From an uncultured Actinomycetota bacterium (GTDB lineage: Bacteria > Actinomycetota > Actinomycetes > JAFAQI01), in the NCBI GenBank assembly GCA_963770565.1, contig CAVYQE010000001.1:1184001-1248000 (forward strand): 64,000 nt of DNA, in the 5' to 3' direction. The notes under the pieces were generated by a model. It saw nothing but the letters and a program-made list of their open reading frames with translations. It was not told the origin of the DNA and did no database searches. Positions 55,997 through 64,000 of this stretch are shown piece after piece (the first letter of the stretch is position 1; each line of letters begins with the position of its first letter). The position numbers and the translations under genes are program-made.

Positions 55997-57256
55997 CTAG
56001 CTGAAGATGCCGCGCGGGAACGTCATCGAGACGAGCCAGTTCGGCAAGTCGACGGTCTCACTGATCTTGAGGTCGCCGACAACGCTACAGAGCGTGTACG
56101 CCTCGTGCATGCTCAGCTCGTGATCGGTGACGAGCCAATCGATCATCTCCCGAACGGCATTCTTGGCGTTCTCCATCAGATCGGGGCCGACGCCGCTGGT
56201 GATGTAGTAGCCCTCATCTCGCATGTCGGCGGGCATCGCAAGCTGGGTGGGGTCGGCGGCCGGAACGATGGCGCGAGGCGAGGTGATCACGGAGTCCTTG
56301 ATCACGTTGAATCGCAGCGTTGCGGCCATCAGCGTCTCGATCGCAGTGCCGGTGATCTCGCCGTCGCCTTGGGCCATGTGACCGTCGCCGGCCGAGAACT
56401 TGGCGCCTTCGACATAGACCGGCAGCTGGAGACGGGAGCCCTTGACGAGCTGCCGGACATCGGTGTTGCCACCCATGCCGCCGCTGACGTTCGGCGGGAA
56501 GGTTCGATACATGCCTTTTCGCAATGGCGCGTTGCCGAGGATGCCCATGAACGGCGTGATCGGAATCCGTGCTTCGCGTCCGGTGTCGGAGCCGACGAAG
56601 GTCGCGAAGCCGGAGTTCTGGCCGCGCCCGAAGGTGAACAGCTGAACGCACGCCGCCCCGCTGTTGAACGGCTGGTCAGCCGGAATCGCTTGTGGCACTG
56701 CGCCGGGGCTCGGGTCGCTCAGCTGGGCGGCTTCGGTGTACGGCGCAAAGGCAGCGAGCGCCTCGGGCCGTAGCGTGCCGAAGATGCCAAGGGCAGGACT
56801 GATTGTGGTGTAGCCGAAGTCGACGATCGGGCTCACGTCGAGGATCTCCACCTCGAGGATGTCGCCGGGCTCGGCGCCCTCGATCTCGACCGGGCCGGTG
56901 AGCGGGTGAATTCTGCCGAGGTCGATCGTCATCGTGCCATCGGCGGTCATGGTCCGGGCCTGCTCGCCGATATCGAGCGCGTCACGGCACAGCAGCTGGA
57001 TCTCCTCGCCGGGCCGCACCGTCACCGCGGCCTGCAAGTCGCGGTTCCACCGGTTGTGCAGCACAGTCCGGTAGCCGTCGAGCACGCGGTCGCCGGATGG
57101 CGCGGCGATCGCTTCAGGTGTGCCCGATCCCGAGACGTTGACGGCGCCGAGACCGCCGCCGTCCGCGAGCCCGGCAAAGGCTTGGATTGCGGCGGAGGTC
57201 AGGCCCGCCTGGACGTGAAGCGACTCGCTGGCGGTCCCGGAGTGGGCGAAGCACAT
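55997..57256 (-). CDS. Acetamidase/formamidase family protein
   Basis: HNRW, HPLTGPV, GGNTD and GDGH.AQGDGE..GTAIE motifs. Confidence 0.9.
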   Translation of the reverse strand: MCFAHSGTASESLHVQAGLTSAAIQAFAGLADGGGLGAVNVSGSGTPEAIAAPSGDRVLDGYRTVLHNRWNRDLQAAVTVRPGEEIQLLCRDALDIGEQARTMTADGTMTIDLGRIHPLTGPVEIEGAEPGDILEVEILDVSPIVDFGYTTISPALGIFGTLRPEALAAFAPYTEAAQLSDPSPGAVPQAIPADQPFNSGAACVQLFTFGRGQNSGFATFVGSDTGREARIPITPFMGILGNAPLRKGMYRTFPPNVSGGMGGNTDVRQLVKGSRLQLPVYVEGAKFSAGDGHMAQGDGEITGTAIETLMAATLRFNVIKDSVITSPRAIVPAADPTQLAMPADMRDEGYYITSGVGPDLMENAKNAVREMIDWLVTDHELSMHEAYTLCSVVGDLKISETVDLPNWLVSMTFPRGIFS

Positions 57257-57376
57257 GCTGGTCTCCTCATTCGGTCTAGACGCGACGCCGTCGCGGGTCG
57301 TCGGAGGTCAGGATGCCGCTGCGTGACCTGAGTCGCGCCCGGGTGAGACCCGGGCCGGTCACTGGTCACTGCGGCA

Positions 57377-58129
57377 TCAGGGAATGAGGTGTTGCCCGCC
57401 GTCGATGTCGAACGTCGCACCGGTCACAGCAGTGTTGGTCATCAGATGGATCACGAGCGCGGCCACGTCGGCGGGTCCGACCACACGTCTGATCGGGAGG
57501 CTGGCCCGCAGCTCGTCGCGGCGACGTTCGATGTCATCGCCCAACAGGCGACTCGAGAGCGGCGTGTCAACGAAGCCGGCGGCGATGGCATTCGCCCGCA
57601 TCGGCGCGAGCTCGACCGCGATGTTTGCGACGATCGCCGGCACGGCCGCCGCCTCGATGGCCGCCGCGCTGAGCCCGATGCCCGGGCGTCGCGCGTAGGT
57701 TCCCGTGATCAGCGTGAGCGAACCGCCTGAGCGCACCCGCCCGGCGCACGCCTTCGCGATCCGCAGGGAACCGATCAGGTGCTCGTCGAGCGCGCGCCGG
57801 ACCTGGTCGAAATCGAGCTCGGTGATGGGGGTGTACGGCGGACCGCTGCCCGTGACGAACACGTGGTCGATCGTTGCTGGCAGGCCCGCAAAGAACCTGT
57901 CGAGCTGATCCGGGTGGTCGAGATCCAGCTCGCCGGTGCTCAGCGCCTCGACCTCCTTGCCGGCTTGTTCGAGCCGACCGGGGTCACGCCCGGTGAGGAT
58001 CAGGCTGGCACCGGCGTTCTTGGCTTGTCGGGCTGTCTCCAGCCCCATGCCCGAGCTGCCGCCGATGACAACTACCGTTTGCCCGGCCAGGCTTCCGGCT
58101 CGCTGGGTCTCCGTACCGGTGTCACTCAC
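57377..58129 (-). CDS. SDR family oxidoreductase (atypical, no YxxxK)
   Basis: GGSSGMG, ELAP.RAN and TGATFDIDGG motifs. Confidence 0.85.
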   Translation of the reverse strand: MSDTGTETQRAGSLAGQTVVVIGGSSGMGLETARQAKNAGASLILTGRDPGRLEQAGKEVEALSTGELDLDHPDQLDRFFAGLPATIDHVFVTGSGPPYTPITELDFDQVRRALDEHLIGSLRIAKACAGRVRSGGSLTLITGTYARRPGIGLSAAAIEAAAVPAIVANIAVELAPMRANAIAAGFVDTPLSSRLLGDDIERRRDELRASLPIRRVVGPADVAALVIHLMTNTAVTGATFDIDGGQHLIP

Positions 58130-58181
58130 GCCGTCTCCTCTTTGCCGGCGGTTGACCCCACGACCGCGCTGCCCCCGCTGG

Positions 58182-58655
58182 TCAATGGGTCGCCAGACGA
58201 AGCGCCTGCAGATGGGCAAGGATGGTGCCCCTGAGCTGCATCGCCGTGATTGTTCGGGACGTGACTATCAAGCAGGCGAGGGCGCAGATCGTCACCCGCA
58301 GTGTCGCGTTGTCTGCCGGGGCAGAGTGTTGCCGGTGGGTCTCGTCGACGGTCCCTGAACCAGCCGCCAGCTGATCAATTTCCTCGAGCGCCGCTTCGGC
58401 ATACATCGCCGCGCGGATGACCTGCAGGCGAAGCCTTGCCGCGCTGGGGCGCTCCACGCCCTCGGCCGCGCGTCGAACGCTGACCGAGTGTCGCAGTGAC
58501 TCGGCAAGAAACCACCAGGTAGCCAGTGGCACGTCATCGTCGAGCGGCTTGGCCAGCAGAACCGCAGCCAGCGCTGGATCCGTCGGGCGCACCGGGGTGA
58601 TCGCTCGGTACGTGGGCGAGTGCACTGGCATCACCCGGTGCGGCATTGCTGTCAT
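58182..58655 (-). CDS. Hypothetical protein
   Basis: 157-aa ORF filling a gap between genes; no recognisable motif. Confidence 0.35.
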   Translation of the reverse strand: MTAMPHRVMPVHSPTYRAITPVRPTDPALAAVLLAKPLDDDVPLATWWFLAESLRHSVSVRRAAEGVERPSAARLRLQVIRAAMYAEAALEEIDQLAAGSGTVDETHRQHSAPADNATLRVTICALACLIVTSRTITAMQLRGTILAHLQALRLATH

Positions 58656-58872
58656 TGGTCCGGTCTTCCGCTAGTTGGTGGAGATCCGAAGTGGGGCTTT
58701 CCGCTCCCCGATTGAGAGTGCCGAGCTGCCCGCCGGGTCGCGCCCGTGAAGATCCCTGGCGCCGCCCTGGTCGCCAATGCCAGGGCATGTCACGGGCGCG
58801 AGCCGAACACCTGCGGCGCAACTGTGACGACGGCAAGGGTGCCAGAGCTGAAGACAGCGGAGGAGTCAAGCC

Positions 58873-59316
58873 GTGGATACGAAACTCGAGGTAGTGCTGT
58901 TGCCCGTCTCCGATGTCGATCGGGCAAAGGCCTTCTACAAGACCCTGCAATGGCGGTTGGACGCGGACTTCGCGCCTCGCTCGGACTATCGGATCGTGCA
59001 GCTAACGCCGCCCGGCTCGGAGTGCTCGATCATCATGGGCACTGGGATCACCTCAGCCGCGCCTGGGTCGAGTGAGGGCCTGCAACTGACGGTGACCGAC
59101 ATCGACGCGGCCTGCGCCGAGCTGAGAAGTTACGGCGTCGACGTGGAAGGGCCGTTCCACGACGTCGACGACCTGTTTCACCGGATCGGCACTGACGGCC
59201 GAGTGCAGGGGCCGGATCCGGAGCATCGCAGCTACGTGTCCTTCGCGTCCTTCAGTGACCCGGACGGGAACGGCTGGCTGCTCCAGGAAGTCAAGCAGCG
59301 CGCCCCGGGTCGCTGA
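58873..59316 (+). CDS. VOC/glyoxalase family protein
   Basis: KLEVV..PVSDVDRAK.FY, TPPGS.CSI and DPDGNGWLLQE motifs; GGAGGAG SD. Confidence 0.9.
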   Translation: MDTKLEVVLLPVSDVDRAKAFYKTLQWRLDADFAPRSDYRIVQLTPPGSECSIIMGTGITSAAPGSSEGLQLTVTDIDAACAELRSYGVDVEGPFHDVDDLFHRIGTDGRVQGPDPEHRSYVSFASFSDPDGNGWLLQEVKQRAPGR

Positions 59317-59321
59317 TCATC

Positions 59322-59840
59322 ATGAACACGACGATGACCCCACTCGGTGCTGTCATTCGTGGTTTGGCCGCCGGTGTGGTTGGCACCGCGGCGATGGACG
59401 CGTTGCTGTTCGCCCGCTACCGACGTGGCGGCGGCGAGACGGGTTTCGCGACGTGGGAGTTCTCCACCGGGATCACGAGCTGGGATGACGCGCCCGCGCC
59501 GGCGCAAGTCGGCAAGCGCCTCGTCGAGGGTCTCTTCGAGCGCAAGCTCGAACCCGACCAGGCACCTCTGGTCAACAACGTCACCCACTGGGGCTACGGC
59601 GTGCTTGGCGCCGCGCAGTACGGCCTTGTGGCCGGATCGTTGCGCCGTCCGCGAATCGCGTACGGCCTGCCGTTCGGCGCGAGCGTCTGGGCCGCGAGCT
59701 ACGTGGTGCTGCCCGCCCTCAAGCTGTACAAGCCGATCTGGGACTACGACCGGGTCACCCTGGCAAAGGATCTGAGCGCCCACCTCGTCTACGGGCTCAC
59801 CACAGCCGCCGCATTCCGGCTGGTGTCGAAGGCGTCCTGA
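59322..59840 (+). CDS. Small membrane protein (DUF1440-like)
   Basis: GL.AG.VGT.AM, HWGYG and HLVYG motifs within hydrophobic helices. Confidence 0.7.
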   Translation: MNTTMTPLGAVIRGLAAGVVGTAAMDALLFARYRRGGGETGFATWEFSTGITSWDDAPAPAQVGKRLVEGLFERKLEPDQAPLVNNVTHWGYGVLGAAQYGLVAGSLRRPRIAYGLPFGASVWAASYVVLPALKLYKPIWDYDRVTLAKDLSAHLVYGLTTAAAFRLVSKAS

Positions 59841-59878
59841 CTCAACTCGTCATTTCGAGCGTCAGCCGCGGACGCGAC

Positions 59879-61384
59879 TCAGCGCGCTGAGGAGTCCCAC
59901 ACGATTGGAAGCGCGGCGGACAGGCAAGTGCCCATGGTCGAGCTGCTCTCGACCATGAAGTCGCCCCCGACCGCGTCGATCCGATCCTTGAGCCCACGAA
60001 GGCCGGTGCCACCGTCCCAATTCACTCCGCCTCGGCCGTTGTCTCGAAGCTCCACCAGGAGCCGACCTGCTTGCTCGCGGATCGATACCGCGGCGTACGA
60101 CGCGTTCGCGTGCTTCGCGATGTTCGTCAGGCCTTCGGCAACCAGGAAGTAGATGTCGGACTCGAGATGCGCTGGGTATCGCCCGGTCGGGACCTCCGCC
60201 CTGACCGGAACCGGGCTCTGTTCCGCAAGCGCCTCGATCGCTGCGCCGAGCCCATGATTGGTCAGGATGCTCGGGTGCAGGCCCGCGGCCAGATCGCGGA
60301 GTTCTCCCAGTCCTTGACGAACTCCGTCCAACGCCTGCCGCAGGCCGTCGCGCGCCGCCTCGCGGTCGAGGTCGAAGCGCTCGGAGGCGAGTTGGAGGTT
60401 CATCAACGAGACCACCAGTCGTTGCTGGGCACCATCGTGCAGGTCTCGCCCCAGCTTCCGTCGCGCGTCGTCGGCGGCGTGCACGAGTCGCCGGCGGGAC
60501 GTGATCAGCTCGTCCTTCGTTACGGCGTTCCCGATCGAGATCGCCACGATGTCGGCAAACAAGGCGACCCTGGTTTCGGTCTCGGCCGGGAATCCACCCG
60601 GAGTCGCAGACTCAGCCACCAGCGCTCCCCACCGCCGCCCGCTGAGAACGATCGGCGCTCCCACCTCCGACTTGACTCGGCGGCCTTCGAGGTGCTCCAA
60701 AGGGTCCGACGGTGCGTCCGCTCGCTCCGGGGCGCCGGTGTCGCGGATGAGTGCAGTGATCGGATGCTCGTCGAGTGCTGACATCGCCTCGAGGTCGATC
60801 GTGGCTCCGTCGGACCGCCAGCACGCCATCGCCCGCACGCCAGGACCCGCGCCGAACTGAACGAGGGTGACTTGCGCAGCATCGATGAGGCGCGCCGACT
60901 CGCTGCACACGGTGTCGAACACCTGATGGGCCTCGCTTCCTCGCGCGACCAGGATGGCGACCCGACGAAGTGCGGCTTGCTCGTCGGCGAGCCGGCGGAG
61001 GTCTGCTTCGGCCTGCTTCGCAGCCGTCAGGTCGCGCAGGGCGCCGAAGATCAAGAGGGGCTCGTGGTCGACCTGGCTCAACGCGAGCTCGACCGGGAAC
61101 TCGCTGCCGTCGGCGCGCATCCCGGTGACCTCGATCCGTTGGCCGAACAGCGTGGGCCGCCGGGTGTCGACGAAGTTGCGCAGTGCGTTGCGATGGCGAT
61201 CTCGCAGTGACGGAGGCACGATCAGGTCGGCGAGCGTGCGTCCGACCACATCAGCGCGCCGATAGCCGAATGTCCGCTCTGCGGCCGGGTTGAACTCAAC
61301 CACGAGGCCGTTGCTGTCGATCATGATCACGCAATCCAGGGCAGCCTCGAGATAGCCCTGCTGTCGGGCCTCGCTGGCGTCCAC
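59879..61384 (-). CDS. PAS/GAF sensor histidine kinase (HisKA_3)
   Basis: PAS (FNPAAERTFGY...DGSEFPVE), RDLHDGAQQRL, E.LTN..KHA and DNGRGG...GL.G motifs. Confidence 0.92.
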   Translation of the reverse strand: MDASEARQQGYLEAALDCVIMIDSNGLVVEFNPAAERTFGYRRADVVGRTLADLIVPPSLRDRHRNALRNFVDTRRPTLFGQRIEVTGMRADGSEFPVELALSQVDHEPLLIFGALRDLTAAKQAEADLRRLADEQAALRRVAILVARGSEAHQVFDTVCSESARLIDAAQVTLVQFGAGPGVRAMACWRSDGATIDLEAMSALDEHPITALIRDTGAPERADAPSDPLEHLEGRRVKSEVGAPIVLSGRRWGALVAESATPGGFPAETETRVALFADIVAISIGNAVTKDELITSRRRLVHAADDARRKLGRDLHDGAQQRLVVSLMNLQLASERFDLDREAARDGLRQALDGVRQGLGELRDLAAGLHPSILTNHGLGAAIEALAEQSPVPVRAEVPTGRYPAHLESDIYFLVAEGLTNIAKHANASYAAVSIREQAGRLLVELRDNGRGGVNWDGGTGLRGLKDRIDAVGGDFMVESSSTMGTCLSAALPIVWDSSAR

Positions 61385-61463
61385 ACCCTCTACCTATCCT
61401 GACCGAGGACGATTCGGCAAGATCACATTGCTGCGCCGCGCGTGGCCGCGTACGTTTACGCCT

Positions 61464-62153
61464 GTGGAGCCCCAGGCGCAGGCCGGCGCCGCGGCGAGCC
61501 AATCGCCGGTCCGAGTCGTGATCGGCGAGGACCACGCCCTAGTGCAGGCGGGCATCGTCCACGTGCTTGAACTCGCCGGATTCGATGTGGTCGGCGTTGC
61601 AGGTGACGCGGACGCGCTCGTGCAGATCACCCGCGTGCAGCAGCCCGATGTCGTCGTGACCGACATCCAGATGCCCCCGACGTCGACCGACGACGGCCTG
61701 AAGGCAGCGCAAGAGATTCGTGCCACCTGGCCCACGATCGGCGTCGTTGTCCTGTCCCAGTTCCTCGAGACTCGCTATGCGCTCGATCTCGTCGAGGCGG
61801 GTGCGGCAGGAGTCGGCTACCTGCTCAAGGACCGGCTCGGCGACCTGACGATGTTTACCGATTCGGTCCGGCGCGTGGCGGCCGGCGGCTCGGCGCTCGA
61901 CCCCGACGTCGTGCAACGGATGGTCAATCGCCCGCGCGAGACGGACCCGATCCAGCAACTGTCGCGACGAGAGCGCGAGGTTCTGGCGCTCATGGCCGAG
62001 GGATACTCCAACCATGGAATCGCCCAGCGGCTCACGGTGACGGTAGCGGCCGTTGAGCGGCACGTCACGAGCATCTTCATGAAGCTCGATCTTCAACACA
62101 CTCGCGAAGACCACCTACGCATCCTCGCGGTACTCCGCTACCTGCAGCGCTGA
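61464..62153 (+). CDS. NarL/FixJ-type response regulator (LuxR HTH)
   Basis: EDH, TDIQMPP, GYLLK and LS.REREVL.LMAEG.SN motifs. Start uncertain. Confidence 0.9.
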   Translation: MEPQAQAGAAASQSPVRVVIGEDHALVQAGIVHVLELAGFDVVGVAGDADALVQITRVQQPDVVVTDIQMPPTSTDDGLKAAQEIRATWPTIGVVVLSQFLETRYALDLVEAGAAGVGYLLKDRLGDLTMFTDSVRRVAAGGSALDPDVVQRMVNRPRETDPIQQLSRREREVLALMAEGYSNHGIAQRLTVTVAAVERHVTSIFMKLDLQHTREDHLRILAVLRYLQR

Positions 62154-62158
62154 TCGGG

Positions 62159-62515
62159 TTAGGTCGCGAACACGCGGTCGAGATCCGCTTCGGCGAGGTC
62201 TGCCTTAGAGACGAAGCCAACGGCACCGTGCTGCCGCGCCAGTTCCGAGGTCACCGCAGCGGAGTCCGACGACGTCAGCAACACCCGCGGCGGGTTCGGG
62301 AGACCGATCAGACTCGCGAGCGTGTCCATCACGTCGTCAGGGCCGAGGTGGACGTCGAGAAGTACCGCATCCGGCCGAAGCATCTCCACCCTGCTGATCG
62401 CGTCCACAGAGTTAGCGGCGGTGCCGACGACGTCGAAGCCCCGCGTGCGCAGCAGGTCGGCCGCGACGACCAGGAATGACGTCTGGTCATCGACGAGGAG
62501 GACCGAAACAGGCAC
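62159..62515 (-). CDS. Single-domain response regulator receiver
   Basis: LLVDD, LLDV.L, LTS and GFVSK motifs. Confidence 0.85.
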   Translation of the reverse strand: MPVSVLLVDDQTSFLVVAADLLRTRGFDVVGTAANSVDAISRVEMLRPDAVLLDVHLGPDDVMDTLASLIGLPNPPRVLLTSSDSAAVTSELARQHGAVGFVSKADLAEADLDRVFAT

Positions 62516-62725
62516 CCGTAGAGGCTGGCATCTACGCGCGTGCGCGGCAATAGGGCAAACCCGAGGTTCTGCCTTGCCGGCCGGGGCTAGCCCGAGGTCG
62601 GTGCTGGAGTCCGCCCGCGGCCATGAGTGGAGCCGCCTCCATAGGCAGGGCGAGAACGAACGGTGAGAATCCGAGGTGCATTTGCACAACGATCCCGGGG
62701 GCCGGCCAGATACGGAAGTACGCCG

Positions 62726-64000
62726 ATGACCATGACCATGACCGAGTCGGACCGAGCGACGCTTGACGGCAATGCGAGCAAGCCGCTGCGCGGCCGGACC
62801 GACGAGTGCGATGCCATCGATCGTCTAGTTGCGACGGTCCGAGCTGGACGTAGCCAGGTGCTGGTTCTTCGCGGTGAGGCCGGTATCGGCAAGACGGCCC
62901 TGTTGGACCACTTGGCGGCATCGGCGCGTGACCTGACGGTGGTGCGCGCGGCTGGTGTCGAGTCGGAGATGACGCTGGCGTTTGCCGCGCTCCATCAGCT
63001 GTGTGCGCCAATGCTCAGCTATCGCGGGAGCCTGCCCGCACCTCAACGCGAGGCGTTGGAGGTGGTATTCGGGCTCGCGCTGCCTACAACCGACCAGTTC
63101 CTGGTCGGCCTCGCCGTATTGAGCCTGCTGACCGAGGTCGCCGCCGAGGGCCCGCTGATCTGTGTGGTGGACGACGCCCAATGGCTGGACGACGCGTCCG
63201 CTCGGACGCTCGCCTTTGCCGCGCGCAGGCTGCGCGCCGAGCCGGTCGGGCTGGTGTTCGCGACGCGCGAGCCAGGCGCGGAGCTGCGCCATCTGCCGGA
63301 GCTGGCGGTGCGGGGTCTGCACAGCGAGGATGCCCACGCGCTGTTGAGTGGGACGGTCAGGTTCGGGCTCGATGAGCGGGTGCGGGCTCGAATCGTCGCC
63401 GAAACCAGGGGCAACCCGCTCGCCCTCCTCGAGTTGCCGCGCGGGATGACGGGTGCCCATCTGGCTGGCGGGTACGGCCTGCTCGACGTACAGCAACTGC
63501 CCGGCCGCATCGAAGAGAGCTATCGGGGACGGCTTAGTGAGCTGCCCGTCGAAACCCTGCGGCTGCTGCTCGTCGCAACCGCCGAGCCGGTCGGCGACCC
63601 CCTGTTGGTGTGGCGGGCCGCCGAGCGACTGGGCATCGATCTGGGGGCGGCGGCCCCGGCCGAGACCGCCGGCCTGCTCGCTATCGCCGATCGAGTGACC
63701 TTTGACCATCCGCTCGTCCGGTCTGCGGTGTATCAATCCGCGGCGCCCGCGGACCGCCGGGCCGCACACCTGGCGCTCGCGGAGGTCATGGATCCTGAGC
63801 ACGATCCCGACCATCGTGCCTGGCACCTCGCCGCTGCCGCCTTCGGGCCGGACGAGGACGTGGCCGAGGAGCTTGATCGTTGCGCCGACCGAGCGCAGGC
63901 CCGTGGCGGGCTCGCGGCCGCTGCCGCGTTCTTGTGCCGGTCGGTGGAGCTGACCGGCGACCCGGCCAAGCGGGTGAACCGGGCCCTTGCCGCAACGCAG
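62726..64000 (+). CDS. AAA-ATPase LAL/LuxR-type transcriptional regulator, runs off the 3' edge (absent from ORF track)
   Basis: Read directly: LRGR..EC, RGEAGIGKT, GVESE, VVDDAQWLD, GNPLAL, HPLVRSAVY and RAWHLA. Confidence 0.88.
   Translation, partial: MTMTMTESDRATLDGNASKPLRGRTDECDAIDRLVATVRAGRSQVLVLRGEAGIGKTALLDHLAASARDLTVVRAAGVESEMTLAFAALHQLCAPMLSYRGSLPAPQREALEVVFGLALPTTDQFLVGLAVLSLLTEVAAEGPLICVVDDAQWLDDASARTLAFAARRLRAEPVGLVFATREPGAELRHLPELAVRGLHSEDAHALLSGTVRFGLDERVRARIVAETRGNPLALLELPRGMTGAHLAGGYGLLDVQQLPGRIEESYRGRLSELPVETLRLLLVATAEPVGDPLLVWRAAERLGIDLGAAAPAETAGLLAIADRVTFDHPLVRSAVYQSAAPADRRAAHLALAEVMDPEHDPDHRAWHLAAAAFGPDEDVAEELDRCADRAQARGGLAAAAAFLCRSVELTGDPAKRVNRALAATQ

Noticed and set aside
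1-64000. Many long antisense or alternate-frame ORFs (e.g. 2272..4134, 24982..26733, 28995..30548, 62825..63826)
   Set aside because: They are shadow ORFs of high-GC coding sequence that overlap genes with clear family motifs.

Overview
High-GC actinobacterial DNA, judged from a mycothiol-dependent MDMPI gene, LAL/AAA-type regulators, a DyP-encapsulin pair and a MIRU-like element. No integrase, transposase, rRNA or CRISPR was seen. The centrepiece is a ~31 kb unit (10.9-41.5 kb) that looks like one GntR regulon. It holds complete selenocysteine machinery (tRNA-Sec selC, selB, selD, selA) and a glycine/sarcosine/betaine-reductase-like (Grd) cluster. Two Grd genes are selenoproteins that the ORF track splits at in-frame UGA codons (GrdB-type U341, GrdA U43), each followed by a SECIS-like hairpin. 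The Grd cluster is non-canonical. It has no GrdD and no thioredoxin reductase in the window, the GrdE-type subunit lacks the pyruvoyl-forming Cys, and GrdB reads UxxGxxC. An uncharacterised trio sits between grdA and selB: an atypical acyl-CoA-dehydrogenase-fold flavoprotein, a signal-less PhnD-fold protein, and a TusA-like/diiron ferritin-like fusion. The unit also carries split Opp-type and Pot-type ABC importers and several catabolic enzymes. Its promoter regions share TGT-N2-AC(A) boxes, and three have TTGACC-N17-TAnnnT promoters. The flanks are ordinary accessory genes: Moco oxidoreductases, secreted proteins, an aquaporin, an aldo-keto reductase, DyP plus encapsulin, zwf, VOC proteins (one frameshifted) and a two-component system. 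Family assignments come from recalled motifs, not database searches.
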